From Fistulifera solaris (lineage: Eukaryota): a DNA stretch of 64,000 nt. Both the position numbers and the translations under genes were made by a program. The stretch covers positions 1-64,000 of the forward strand of contig AP026133.1 of NCBI GenBank assembly GCA_030295235.1, given 5' to 3'. The notes under the pieces are model-generated. The model was given only the letters and a program-made list of their open reading frames with translations, did not search any database and was not told the DNA's origin. Within the stretch, counting starts at the first letter, position 1, and every line of letters begins with the position of its first letter. Shown here in pieces: positions 48,499-63,100 of this stretch.

Positions 48499-49760
48499 TT
48501 AAGGCTCGGGGGTATCGTTTTGAGCTCTAGTTGATCTGGATCTTCCCTGTCGGCTTTCCTTCGCTTTCTTTGTGTTCTCCTTTACGTCGTTTCGTACGCC
48601 CAAGCCTGGATCTTCATGAAAGTACTTGAAGAGTAATCGTTTTTCTGGAGGAAGGAGTGGGCCCCATTTGTCAAATAATTCGATCCATTTGATAAACTGG
48701 ATACCAGGCTCTGGAATTGGCGGCGGCTCTGACATTGTTTCCCAGGAAAAGAGTTGCCAGTTTTTACAATTCGCTCTCGGCTTTCAGCCTTTCCCTCACA
48801 GGCTTGTGTAAAAGGAAATCGCTTTCATCTGCTTTTGCTTTGAACATGTGCATTAGCTGAATACCTCTTGGCCGCTTCATATGGATTTCTTGAAATTCAT
48901 CCCATTTTTGAAGTCTCCTTCCTTGACCGGCTTAGCAGTCACAAGCTCATGTTTTCCAAGAGCTTCGTATAGCTCTTCTGGCGCATACAAGTTGGTCTTC
49001 CGGTATTCTAGCTTCAATAGATTGAACATTCGATCACAGTCGTTTTTTGTATGGCCACGGATAAGAAAGATTGCACGAACAGTCATGGCAATTTTTCTCT
49101 TTGCAAGAATGGTCAGCATTCTGAGGACCATACGGTTTTTGTCCTGACCACCACAGTTGTCAAAAACAAAGTTGATCTCTTTCACGGGCTGCAAACTTGG
49201 ACCACTCTCGGGAATCAGCCCTTTGCCTTTCAATTCCTTCCAGATGAGACTGACAACGTTGTCTCCTCCTTTTTGCCCTGACCTTCATAGTAAAGGTGGG
49301 TGGACATTGTCTCTGGCTTTGTGGAACAATCCACTACTCCGAAACAGTAGACATTCAGCGGGCTATAATAGTAAGTCTCCCCCGACATTGCTTTCTTCAC
49401 ACCAGCCACTTGAAGCGCGTTGGCATACCTCATGGTCTCTGTTATTATGTTCTCTCGATGTTTCCAGTCGTTTCGGGCAAAGTGGACAAGAAAGGTGGAT
49501 GTAACAGCCTTCAAACTGTCATCTTCCATTAGTGGTTCAAGACATCTACAGTTTTGTTTGCGGCCTGACCCACTGAGAATGTCATAACACGGATCATGGC
49601 AGATTCTGTCGAGAAAGTCATGCATCGATTTTACAGCATGATTGAAGTCGAATGGCTTTTTTGTGCTTCCTAAGTAAAACCCGATGAGCGGACTTTTCTC
49701 CAAATCTTTCAGATAGACTCGGTTGGTTGTTTCTTGGGTTGATGTATCATTAGTTTCCAT
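48499..49760 (-). mobile_element. Sola-like DDD DNA transposase relic, internally deleted and frameshifted
   Basis: GETYYYSPLNVYCFGVVD, YEGQGKK(G)GDNVVS, FDNCGGQDKNRMVLR, FLIRGHTKNDCDRMFNLLK. Confidence 0.78.
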
Positions 49761-51422
49761 TTTCCATGCTTGTTTGATGGGTTTCAAGTCAAGATGATGA
49801 ATGATTTCGAACCGAAATTGTGAGCGAGCGGATGTGCGGACAGAACGAAAACCCACCGAATTTTGGTGCGAAAAAAATAGCTAAAAATTTCTACTGACCA
49901 TCTAACAACAATCCATAACGAATAACGGAATAAAAATTACATAGATGAATTCCTTAAATACTGAATTTTTGAATGGTATAGTTAGTCATTTTTCGACTTT
50001 CGCAAGATTTCTGACGACGGACGGACGGTTGAGGTGGATTTCTATTTGACCAGTCTTATTTTGTTGTTTTGTTACGATAAATTCTTCTCATCGCATCGCG
50101 TCTTTGCATCCACTTTCTATCCTCGGGTTTTGTACCTGCTGGTATTATATCTAACTTATTATCGTCATTCTCATTCTTTTTTCCCTTTTCAACAATCTCC
50201 CAAGAATGAATGTAACTGGAGTACTCTAAGCTTAAGAAGTCGACGAAACAACCATCAAAATGGCTTTCTCCCCGTAGTCTCGACCCGAAAGTCAATTTGC
50301 CGACATTATTCGCAAAAGTCGATGCTATGGATTGCCGCTTTTTTGCGAGAAGCATTTTCAGCCGAAAGATTTCGATTCTCTGTCAAATATCAATCAAGGA
50401 TCTTAGCTCATAATCTATACATCGAAAAAGAGGATCCATGGGATGGAGCTTTTGATCTCTTTTAGGAGTCGACTGACTATACGCGAGTACCTGGAAAATT
50501 CATTTTTTTTAGAAACAACCTGCAGCGACTTTCATTACGACCCGGATCCAGTAGAACGCGTCGTAATTGTTGTAGAAGCTTTGATTCGGGCAATGAAAGT
50601 AAACTAAGCTCAGCAGATTAAGATCATGGAGGCATTCGTAAGATGGTTTGATTCACTCATCCGCCGGAGACGGATTCCTGAGACCATTCTTCCTGTCCAT
50701 CGTTGACACGATTGTTGGAGCCCAACCTGAACACCCAAGTATTGGATACTTGTAACACATTGATCACGATGGATCGAATGAATCGGAGTCTATACCTGTA
50801 TTTGCGGAATTTCTTTCATCAAGATTTACCCTTGTTTTTGATGCGTAAGAGAACTAGGCAACCCCCACGGACCGAATAGTTGTGATGATGATTCGATCGC
50901 TTTCTTTCTTTCGGTACAGATGGCCGTTTCCTCTTGTCTAGAAGACTCATTTCTGTTCAACAGTACTTTCGTGGAGAATCCCCTTTCTCCTGTCTCCCTT
51001 GGCTCATCTGGGTTTACTGCGTACCAGGTACCGTACCGGGTACTGTTTGTTTATCGAGTACCGGTACGGCAAGATACACGACGACTCTTGACTCTTGACT
51101 CCGATTGTTCGGGACCGAAAGATCGCGTCGAAGCATCGTGTCATCATCCATTGTAGATTACAAAGTGGAGGGAAGATACCCCTCTTCATACTTTGTACTT
51201 TTTTGTACAAAGTACTTGAAAAAGCATTCCGCGTGTCCACCGAAAACGATCTTTCGCCATAAACACGAAAAAGGCTCGTCGTCATCGATGCCTCGTTTTG
51301 TTCCTTCTCTTTCACAATAAGAGCAACAAAAAACCCCTCCACCATTTTTGCCTGTAATACTGGCAAAGGGATACATATTGTTTGTAAAAAAGAAAGAAAG
51401 AAAAGAACGAAATTTCATCATT

Positions 51423-54400
51423 ATGCATCGATTCAGTCGTTGTTCGAGTCAGCGTCTTTTACGAGGAAGCCGTTACCGATCCTTGACGTCGTCGTCGTCG
51501 TCGTTGTTGTTGCATCCCCGAGGATTCCTCGTGCCTCTTGCTCATACAACCGCAACATCTTGCGGTCTTTCTTCTTCAGCATCTTTCACACACTTTCATA
51601 CCTTTCATACTCCCGACGAACATCCTCCGACGACGGGAGCTACCAAATCGGCTCCTTTCACCAAACTCTTAGCAGCCAATCGAGGGAGAAATTGCGACCC
51701 GCATAACACGTGCGGCCAGTGAATTGGGCATTCCGACCGCCGGTATTTACAGTCATGAAGGTACGAAAGAAAAAGAAGGAGAGAAAAAAAAAACAGAGTA
51801 GTGCGGTCTTGGTTACCATTTTTTTACAACAAAAAGTTCGCTAACGCTTCCTTTTTGGGTCTTCGGCAGATCGCTTTACTCAACATCGGTACAAATGCGA
51901 TCAAGCATTCGAATTGGATGGCGCCAAAAGTCCGGTACAACAATACCTTGATATTCATAATATTGTCAAAATTTGTGTCCACAATCAAGTGCAAGCGGTG
52001 CATCCGGGGTACGGATTCTTGAGTGAGAATGAAAACTTTGCCACCGCCTTGGAACAAGCCGGAATTGTTTTTGTCGGTCCGACGGTCGAGAATCTCAACA
52101 TGTTTGGTGACAAGACGTCGGCGCGGAATATGGCGATTGCATCGAATGTTCCGGTTGTGCCAGGAAGTACCGATGCGTTCGCAAGTTGGCAAGAGGCAAG
52201 GGATTGGATTGCCGATCCCATCAACAAGTGTTCGTACCCGGTGATTGTCAAGGCACTCATGGGTGGAGGTAAGTCAAAAAAAAGACATGAAAACGTGTTT
52301 ACTTTATTAGTTTGTCTGCGATTGAAGAGATTATTCACTCAATCACTCCCTCACTCACTCACACAATTCCTTTCATTTTAGGCGGCCGGGGAATTCGGAT
52401 TGTGCACACGGCACAAGAGTTGGAACCCATGTTTTTGCAGGCATCGAATGAAGCCGCAAATGCGTTCGGGGATGGTCGGTGCTTCGTCGAAAAGTACGTG
52501 GAACGGCCCCGACACATTGAAGTACAGTGTTTGGGAGACGGGACGGGCAATGTCGTGCATTTATGGGATCGCGATTGCAGTGTCCAGCGTCGTCACCAAA
52601 AAGTGATTGAACTAGCGCCTGCGGAAGGTTTGAAAGATGAAACGCGCACTCAAATTTTGAATGATGCGGTACGCTTGTTGAGTGCCGCAAAGTATCGCAA
52701 TGCAGGTACCGTGGAGTTCTTGGTTGACAAGAATGGAAATCATTACTTTATGGAAGTCAATCCGCGTGTGCAAGTCGAGCATACCGTGACCGAAGAGATT
52801 GTCGGAATCGATATTGTGCAATCGCAAATTCTGATTGCTTCAGGAAAGACTTTACCAGAACTGGGTTTGACGCAAGATGCTATTCCGTATCCGAAGGGAT
52901 GTGCGATGCAGTGCCGTGTGACGACCGAAGATCCGTCGCAAGACTTTCGTCCGGATACAGGCACTATCAGTGTGTTCCGTTTGCCGGCGGGTATGGGGAT
53001 TCGGCTCGATGATGGTCCGGGATTTCCCGGTGCCCGCATCACTCCTCACTACGATTCTCTGCTAGTGAAGATTACAGCCAAGGCTCGCAATCGTCGTGAA
53101 GCGGCTGCAAAGTTGCGACGTGCGCTTCGTGAATTTCGCGTCCGTGGCGTCAAAACCAACAAGAGCTTTTTGTTGAATGTGTTGGAGCATGATGACTTTC
53201 TTGACGCTTCCGTAGATACTGGATTCATTGCCGCCAATCCGAACTTGTTGGCGCCTCTTCGTGAAAAGGATCGTGCACAAAAATTGTTGCATTATATTGC
53301 GAATGTGATTGTTAACGGTACACCCAAAGAATTGGGAGCGATTGGACCTCCTCCTTCACCTGTCGATCCCTACATTCCCACAATTCATCCAAAACCCGGT
53401 CAAATAATTGGTCGAAGCTTGAAGCATATTTTTGATGAAGAAGGACCCGAAGCTTTTGCCAAGGCGGTTCGCAATCAGAAAGGATTATTGCTCATGGACA
53501 CGACCTGGCGCGATGCCCACCAGTCACTATTGGCGACTCGCTTGAGAACCATTGATATGCTCAACATTGCTCCGGCAACGCGCGTCGCCCTGAATAAGGC
53601 GTATTCGTTGGAATGTTGGGGCGGTGCAACGTTCGATGTTTCACTTCGCTTTTTGCGTGAATGCCCGTGGGACCGCTTGGCTGCTTTGCGAGAAGCGGTA
53701 CCAGATATTCCGTTTCAAATGCTGTTGCGCGGTGCAAATGCGGTGGGATACACGAGCTACCCCGACAACGTTGTTTTTGACTTCTGTCGAATGGCCAAAG
53801 AAACCGGAATGGACGTTTTTCGTATTTTCGATAGTGTGAATTACATTGAAAATATGAAGTTGGGGATTGATGCAGTCGGTACCGCAGGCGGTATCGTGGA
53901 AGCGGCTCTTTGCTACACAGGCGATGTGTCAAATCCGCATCGTGGTCAATATGATTTAGATTATTACATGAATTTCGTCCGCCAATTAAATGATCTTGGA
54001 ATTCACGTGCTGGCCGTCAAAGATATGGCTGGGTTACTAAAACCCGAAGCTGCGACGATGCTGATTGGCAGCATTCGCGAGGAGTTTCCCAATTTACCCA
54101 TTCACGTACACACCCACGATACAGCTGGTACTGGTGTTGCTTCCATGATTGCCTGCGCCAAGGCAGGTGCCGATGTCGTAGATGCAGCATCCGACGCCAT
54201 GTCGGGTACAACTTCTCAACCCACAATCGGTGCTTTGGTTGCCAGTCTTCAAGGGACCGAGTACGACACTGGCTTGGATTTGACACAAATTCAAACATTA
54301 AATGAATACTGGGAGGAGTGTCGTGGATTGTATGCGTCCTTCGAATCGGGTCAGAAAACAGGCAGTGCCGACGTTTACGAACACGAGATGCCAGGCGGAC

Positions 54401-55356
54401 AGTACACAAACTTGCTGTTCCAAAGCACGCAGCTTGGTTTGACTGGTCAGTGGTCCAAGGTCAAAAAAGCTTATGCTATGGCCAACCGACTGCTGGGCGA
54501 TATCATCAAAGTGACACCCAGCAGTAAAGTCACTGGCGATTTGGCTCAGTTCATTGTCGCAAATAACTTGACCGAGCAACAAGTCATCGACAATGCAGAG
54601 AATCTCAACTTTCCCAAAAGCGTCATTGAATACTTTCAAGGTTATCTGGGAATTCCTCCGTTTGGGTTTCCCGAACCACTTCGTAGTCGTGTCGTCAAAG
54701 GACAGACGATTCCAGGTACCGATGGGTTGACAGTGTTCCAAGGGCGACCGGGTATTGATTTGAAACCGTACGACATGGACAAGGCTCGAGCTCGTTTGGA
54801 AGAAAAATGGGGCAATGTTCGCGATGTCGACGTGATGAGTGAAGTCATGTATCCGGCCGTGTTCAACGAGTTTCAAGAGTTCAAACACGAATTCGGTCAA
54901 CTAGATTTCTTGGACACGCGGACTTTTTTGACCGGCATGAAAATCGGACAAGAACTGGATGTCGAAATTGAACCCGGTAAACAACTGGTGATCAAACTGA
55001 ATAGTATTTCGGAACCCGATCGAGATGGTATGGTAACGTTGCAGTTCGAGTTGAATGGTACGCCTCGCAGCGTCCAAATTCAAGACAAGAATACCGGAAT
55101 CGCCAAGTTTTCACGCCCCAAGGCCATGAAGAATGTTATGGGCAGTGTGGGTGCCCCCATGCCCGGTGTCGTCGTTGAAGCCAAAGTCAAAAAGGGCGAT
55201 ACCGTCAAAAAAGGAGATCCGTTGTTGAGCTTGAGTGCCATGAAAATGGAAACGACCGTGGCGGCGCCGTGTTCGGGTGTTGTCTCGCATGTGGAAGTGA
55301 CACAAGGAGACGAGATTGCCGCTGGAGATTTGTTGGTGGAAATTGTCGAGTCGTGA
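51423..55356 (+). CDS. PYC: Pyruvate carboxylase with mitochondrial-type presequence (3 exons)
   Basis: [59 protein letters not shown], biotinyl motif SAMKMET. Introns 51761-51869 and ~52269-52381; one extra G at ~51685. Confidence 0.97.
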
Positions 55357-55604
55357 TTATGTTGAGTTGAATAGAAAATTTCGATAGTGTTGAAATAAGT
55401 TTCCTACACGTAGTTTTCCACACAATTGTACTCCGCCACCGAGTCAAATGTCAAACGTTTCGTTGCTTAGCCGAGCCAAGCCAAGCCATTGTCATAAATA
55501 AAACTACGATCGAGTACGGATGTAGCCCTAGTGTTTGCATAGATTACCAGGAGCGACATAATCGTCCACAAACAAGAGTCTCCAACGGCGTCCAATAATA
55601 AAAC

Positions 55605-56283
55605 TCAGTGACGACGATCGACCTGAAAACACTCATGCCATCGTTTCCGACACACATCTACTCCTTGTCGATTTAGTTTCGCTTGATTCCGTGAAGGCAA
55701 ATATTCCACGTCGGGATAACCACTTTGTACGGCTTTCATTACATCTTCTTGTCGTAATAAATGAAGAGTCGGATACGGGGATCGAATCGTATAGTCACCC
55801 GCTTGTCCTTCTTCTGTACCCGAGGAATAGGTTTGATGCGTCGCACGGGGATGAAATAGCACCAACTGTACTAGTTCACGATAGTCTTCTCCGATTGCTT
55901 CTTCTTGTAAGGACCACGACATTCGCACGAAATCTCGATAATGGTAGAAAAAGGTATCTTTCTCATCATCAAACACCATCAGAGTCGTTTCGTGCGTCTC
56001 GTGCGTGTCGGAACGACTCTTATCGACAAATAATTTCGTTACTTCTTGACGGACATCATGTATTGCCTCTTGAGTCGTTTGTGCTGTGGAAGGAACGATG
56101 CGCAATAATTTTGTGTCGTTTAACAATAAAGGAGCCGCAAATGGACAGAGTTTTTCACCGATAACAATCGTTTGCAACCATTTCAGTGTGGCTTGTTCTT
56201 TCTGTATGGTTCGTTCGGTTCTCGCTAGTGTCGTTACAAGACGTTGACAAAAAAAAGAAAAACGATCGCCGCATAGAATTCAT
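55605..56283 (-). CDS. DUF1415 family protein (5' end uncertain, frameshifted)
   Basis: WLQTIVIGEKLCPFA, HETTLMV, VQLVLFHP, YTIRSPYPTLHLLRQEDV, LPSRN. Confidence 0.85.
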
Positions 56284-57155
56284 TCGTTTTTTTTGTTGCC
56301 TTGCACAGGTAGATCGATCGATCGATTGCATTACCAGTATTATTATTTGTGAAAACCTTTCCTCTCGAAAACAAAGCACCCTTGCCTTGCACCTTGTACC
56401 GTACAGGGACTCTCTCTACTCTCTCTAGAGAGAGAGACGTGACGGTTTCTTGTTATGGCGTACATTTCAACGGCAACCTACAAAATGGGTGATGTGACAT
56501 GTGACGCACACAGCAGAAGCACGCGTTGTTGTGCGCAACGGAAAGACACGAAAAACGAAAAGAACAAAATAAAAAGGTGTTCCGTCACTCGCAGTAAAAT
56601 TCAACATCTACTTGTATTGGTAACTCGTACTTTGCCATGGACATCTATTCATGTCCTTTTATTTTGTTGCAGCGCCGCGGTTTCCGACTTGTCGAGAAAA
56701 GAAGACGCAGTTCGCTGATACGTTTTGTCAGGGATGCTATAATTGCATCTTAAAAGTGTCGTCGAGACTCTTTGACACGATGTAGTCCATCAACGCTGTC
56801 AAAAACTAGAGTGCTAGAGTGCGTATCCGTCTTGCTCATTCAAAAAAACATCGTGGGTCAACCAATGAACTCTTGGATTGGGGTATCGATCAAACATCCA
56901 TCGGGATCGGGAGGAACCGAATCGAATCCGTGACCCAAATTGCTCGTGACTTCTAAAGTGCTTGGCGAATTGTTCGAATTAAATTTTCGACTGTCTTCGT
57001 CACGACGCGGAACCGTCGTCGGACTATAGTGGTCACAGTAACAATGGCGCGACTTGCAAGAAGGCAGGATCGCGCCACTAGAAAGAGCCAAAACCCAAAA
57101 CGTTTTCATTTTCTTTTGATATTCTTCTCTCGTTGCCGTTCATTCATTTCAAAAG

Positions 57156-58042
57156 ATGGGAGACTATCCATCCCCTTTACTTTATTTCCGCGTAGCAATC
57201 AACTTCTGCCGTGTCGCGATCGTTCTTCGATCGATCCCTGTCCCAATGGAACTCGACCGATCAACAACAAAATCGACCTCCAAACTGCCATCAACGAATA
57301 TACCATTACACCGTCTGAGCCGAAACCAAATTGCTGGGATGTCTCAGCTGTGACAGATTTCTCTGCCCTTTTCAAATCGACTTCTTTCAATGAACCCATC
57401 GGCAACTGGGATACATCGGCCGTCACTACTATGGAGTTGATGTTTGAGGATGCTTCTGCATTCAATCAATTCATCGGAGGATGGGATACTTCCGCGGTCA
57501 CTGACATGCAGTACATGTTTTATGGTGCAACAGCATTCAACAAGAAGATTGGGGATTGGGATACTTCAGCTGTTACCCTCATGGAGGCCATGTTTTACGA
57601 CGCGGCATCCTTTAATCAACCGATCGGTGCCTGGAATACGGCCCAAGTCACCAGTATGTTGGGTATGTTTGAGAATGCCCAGGCTTTTAACCAGAAAATT
57701 GGAAGTTGGAATACTGTCAAGGTCACTAACTTGTCGTACATGTTTCAAGGAGCTACGTCCTTTAATCAAAATATTGCAAATTGGGACACATCGTCGGTCA
57801 ACGACATGACGAACATGTTCTTTGATGCAAAAGCCTTCAATCAACCACTCGGGGCATGGAATGTGGCCTTGGTCACCAGTATGAATCAAATGTTTCATGA
57901 AGCAGCTTCGTTCAATCAGAATATGTGTGCCTGGAAGACTGTTACTGCAGGTGCCACCAAGAACCTCATGTTCACTGAAACGAGTTGCCCTCAGGCAGAT
58001 GAACCGTCGGGTAACTTTTTCTGCCAAGAATGCGTGGTCTAA
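57156..58042 (+). CDS. DUF285/BspA-type repeat surface protein (start uncertain)
   Basis: About 8 tandem 25-aa repeats FNQxIGxW(D/N)TSAVTxMxxMF between Cys-containing caps (DPCPNG...NCWDVS; NMCAW...TSCP...FCQEC). Confidence 0.92.
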
Positions 58043-59214
58043 AAGTTTGTCTTCAATTGTTGAATGTCAGCCTGATCATTGCTAGTAACGTTTCTTTCGC
58101 TATTCATTCATTTTTTTTTGACTTTTTACGGTATTTCGTATGGTCACTCGCAAAACTACACTGCATTTGAGAAAAGAATGAATCATTACAATGAATTATC
58201 ACAGATGCAATGATTATCTAGAAGTAGTCATTATTTGCCATACTCTCTAGTCTAGCCGTTTTTTGCACCTCAGTCGCCTGGTCGGGATTGCCTATCATCA
58301 TCCTCATCAGGATGTGGCCTCCATAATTGACAGCCCTTTTGCGGAGACGTGACTGACTTCGCCCGTGACTTCAAACAAAGATCTTTATTCACTGAAAGAG
58401 ACGTTTGAGTGCTACCTGGTATTGGATCCAATAGCCAGTTACCGTTCCTTATTTCCCGATTCCGATGTCTGTTCTTTGTTCTTCCAGCGCTACGGTGTCA
58501 GTTGTCAGTCATTTACCACTTATTAGACACAAAACAACCATGAATTATTACTTATTACTGAGCCAGAAACTTTTTTTCCTTTTTCCCTGCTTGATGCAAG
58601 CTGCAAACGAAATTGCCCAGAGCTCAGAATTAGAGGGGAATAGAAAATAGGCTATTGCGAAAAAGATGCGGGAATGGGGTATGAATCCGGATCCTATAAG
58701 TAAAAAAATAATTATATAAAGTTTACTTTATTGGAACTCGGCGGCCTATCATGTTAATTAATTGTCATGCTAGATTTTCAATCCATCTTCCATCTGTTTA
58801 GTTTGCCCTGGTGAGATTTTTGTTCCAACGTTGCAACTGTTTATATTTATAGCTCAAGCACAGACTCTTGACGGTTGACTGTTCTTTTACGGAGAAAGTA
58901 CGACACTCGCGAATCGCAACGCGCGAAAAAGACGTAGGTCCCCTACCCATTCATCTGTACTTAGTAAGTGTGGGTTTCTTACTTTGTATTAATGTTTGAT
59001 ATGCCCGTCATTGTGGCATAAATCAATCTTGATAATTATTTTTTTGTGAAGACGAGGCGGAAAAGTGGGTCAGACTATTATAGATACTACAGTCGCTGTG
59101 GCGCGAGTTCGCACTTCGCACCATTGCAGGATTGCGGATGGCGCCGGTCTCGTCAAAACAAAACGATGACATTTTCTTTTCCTCCTCTAAACACGTTAGC
59201 TCTCGTTGCTGAAT

Positions 59215-60107
59215 ATGGAAGACTATCAGCCTCCCTTTTCTCTCTTTCCGCGTGACAATCAGTTGGTTCCTTGTCGTCGCGGTCCACCGCCAATCCTTGT
59301 GCGGCTGGAACTCGAGTGATCGCCAGCAGGATCGAATTGGAAGCGGCAATTGCTGCTCATCTGCTTGCACCTTCGGATCCGCCACCGCTCTGCTGGGATG
59401 TCTCAGCTGTGAGAGATTTCTCCGGCCTGTTCAAATCGACTTCTTTCAATGAACCCATCGGCAACTGGGATACATCGGCCGTCACTACTATGGAGTTGAT
59501 GTTTGAGGATGCTTCTGCATTCAATCAATTCATCGGAGGATGGGATACTTCCGCGGTCACTGACATGCAGTATATGTTTTATGGTGCTACAGCGTTCAAT
59601 CAAAAGATTGGGGATTGGGATACTTCAGCTGTTACCCTCATGGAGGGCATGTTTTACGACGCGACATCCTTTAATCAACCGATCGGTGCCTGGAATACGG
59701 CCCACGTCACCAGTATGTTGGGTATGTTTGAGAATGCCCAGGCTTTCAACCAGAAAATTGGAAGTTGGAATACTTCCAAAGTCTTTGACATGTCGTACAT
59801 GTTTCAGGGAGCTGCGTCCTTTAATCAGAACATTGCGAATTGGGAAACATCGTGGGTCCATGACATGACGAACATGTTCTTTGATGCAAAAGCCTTCAAT
59901 CAACCACTCGGGGCATGGAAAATAGGCCAGGTCACCAGCATGAATCAAATGTTTCGTGGAGCGGCTAAGTTCAACCAGAACATGTGTAATTGGAAGGAAA
60001 CTGTGGAGTCGTTGGGAATTGATAGAACAGATATGTTTACGGGTACAAAATGTGTTCAGGCAAGTACACCATCGGGAATATTGTTCTGTCGAATTTGCCC
60101 ATTTTGA
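59215..60107 (+). CDS. DUF285/BspA-type repeat surface protein, tandem paralog (start uncertain)
   Basis: Same architecture; core nearly identical in DNA to the 57 kb copy. Confidence 0.92.
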
Positions 60108-63100
60108 AAGAATGCTTTCAATTCATGGATGCCAGCCGATCATCGATAGTGATGTCACTTCATCGTAAAAATCCAGGTTTATATATTTTTAACCTATTTT
60201 GTAGTCTCACGCGCAACACTTAGTGAATATGAGGAAAGAACTGAATGTTCATCCAACTGACAATGAGGCGGACACAGTTCTTTTGGAAAGATATCTTTAA
60301 CTCTGTTCTTTCATTCTTCGAAATAGTCGAGTTTGGATCGGTTTCACACAGTCATCATTCATCCTCGCACCCAACACCGCCATGCGCCATGAGATCGACT
60401 CTTCGGAATTGCGACTTAATGAATGGCAGAATATAGATGCACAAAAGCACTTGTACATCATAAATTTTGTTGGATTTGTCTAAGGCTGAGCAGCTGATCA
60501 AAAGGAACTCTAGAGTATAGCTTTGAAACTTAGTCTAGTAGAGAATGTCGCATTTCGTCATATCCACAATGTCAATATGCGGTCGTATTCCCCTTTTTGT
60601 TTGGCTCTAAACAGAGTATTAAGAATGGCCGCAAATAAGACTTCGTCAAATGCGTGCGTGACATCACTGCATTTTAGAAGTTGTTATGAAACAAGGATGC
60701 ACGACTTGTGGTTTGTCGGAGTGCGCGCTTGTTCTTGGAGGCTTCGGGGACCACGATGCGCAAAAAAAAAAGAAAAATATCATGATGGACAAAGCTCGCG
60801 CAGCGTCATCGCGCACGTCAATACAATGCAGTAGTGCCCTGAGTTGTTGCGTGATCTATTCTGCCAGAATAGGTTCGATGATGTTGGCAAGCGCTCTTTC
60901 CTTGTTTTCTCTGAGATTGGAAATAAGGGGGAGCTATGGGTCTTCCTTTTAGCATCCAATCAATTTTCTATCAGAGATTTTTTCCGTGCCCTACAGTCGT
61001 CGTTTCCACGGGAACAACACAAGTGCTCTGCCTCTTCTCTCTTCTGCAGAACCATCGAGGTGTCATCAATCGTGCGTAAATGGCGCTAAGTTGTTGCCGC
61101 TTGTCCGCTTTTCTTGCCATTGAACATTGTTGTGCTGTTGGGTCCAGTTTCCGTATCCAAAAAATGTGATTTTGAGATTTTTCTCGCGCCTCAAAACAAG
61201 CAAAAGAACGGCGGTCGAATTCGTTTGGTCTTGATTGACAGTCTGGTATTCGAAACGTCGTTAATTCATGAAGGATACAAAGCAAGCTTTCCTCACCGAC
61301 AAGTACAACACATGCTTTGACATGTCATATGCATCATCATTATCGATGATTGCGATTCGACGTCTCAAATTACTGTGCTGTTTGACCCTTCTGCCAAAAC
61401 GGATGCAATTTGCGTTGATCACTCGTCCCTCGGTTTTTCGACAAGCAACCTGCTTCTATAACCAGTTGTTTTTTCATCAAGGCGTTTTGTTAGTTCCGTA
61501 GCCGCTGTTTCAATTTGGACGTCTTTGACGGTCCATGTCCTTCTGATTCAAGTGTCCTCCGTATTTATTCAATAAGAGGCAATGATCAATAATACATTAG
61601 TAGATATTTCTGCCTGTTGGGTCTTTTTCTCTATCACCTCTTTCAGTTCTTTTTCTCTCTTACGCTTTCTCTATTGCTCACCTTGAGTCAATGCTGAATG
61701 AAAAAATTGACTGGCAAAATCGTCCAGGCAAAGAGGCCGTTATCGATTGAAAGTCGACATTATTTATTTATCACAGATAACAGAGCCAAGATATGCTTTC
61801 GGTAAAATACTCGAAAGAGCGACAGTGCATCGCCTTTTGTTTCGCTCACATGAATTCTATATCTATATCTATTTCTATTTTGCGTTGCGTTTGGAAGAAA
61901 AGATGTTCTGCCGTAACACAAAGCGCCGCTGCATTCCTCCAGCCGCGAGAGGACGTCCGAGCGCACTATAATAATATTTAATTTGCTTCCGTCGCACGCT
62001 ACCCGGTACCGTACCCGGTACCAGGTACATTGCGATACGTTTATTGAAAAAGGAAAGCAAGGGATTTCATTTTTGACAAAAATTTGACGAAAAATCATTG
62101 TCAAAGAAAAAAGATGTTACTACGTAGGATGTTAGGTTTATTGTTCTTATACCAGTAATTATTTATCATTGTTCATGGTTGTTATTGTCAGAAAAAAAAA
62201 CTCCAAAAAAATCCAAAACGAAAATATAATATAAAATATTAAAGGCCCTGATAATATATAATGACTGTACTCCATCAATATCATGTTTTACCTACCCTCT
62301 CTTGTGTGACAAAGTAGTATCTGGTACTCCGGAATGGTTTTCGTCAAAAAGGGGAACGTTTCATTTTTTTTTCTTACCGATGACTGGTTGTTTTAGGAGT
62401 CATCAGCACCGGGAGATAAATACCAGGTAGTCCTACAAAGAATCATCATCGAATTATTCAGCAATGCCAATTTACATGTATCGACGATCGTCGGGTATTG
62501 CGGCTGGCAACAACCCAAAAAAAGCTGACTTTTGAAACAGCACACAAGTACGGCGACTCGGAGATACCTTTTTTTTTTCGTCTCTGCGGTAGCATGCATG
62601 CAGCAAAACGAGGATGGATCGTCAAAAGATTGCTGGATGGCGGCAATGTATTCTTTGAGTAGTAAAAAAGGACGGCACGTGACGTGCTGGAACTGCTGGA
62701 CGCATCAAAAGTGGCTATATGGACGATGATGATGCTTCGCGTCATTGTGATTCAATGCAATTTCTTTCAGGCGTTGATGATTCCTGCGCAGGCTGCGACA
62801 GTGAAAAGTCGTTTTTTTTTGAAAAAACCAACCTTTTTCATGGAGGAGTCATGCGACGAACTTTCCATATGATTGTTGTTGCCTTGACTTTGCGAGAGAA
62901 CGAATGACATTGGTGAATACCGCCCAAACGGAGTTTAGCTTCACGAGCCAGAAGTACCTTTAACTTTTTTGGGAGTTGCTCTCGCGTCTTTTCTCTTGTT
63001 TCTACCGGGCAGGATGGACGCTCGGGATGACGCGCGGGCTTGCTGAGACGTTCTGGGAGATTCGATAATGGCTCTATGTCGGTATCGGAAGCGCCAACTG

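Noticed and set aside
57340..57930. CRISPR-like array (75-bp periodicity)
   Set aside because: The periodicity is the in-frame 25-aa DUF285 coding repeat.
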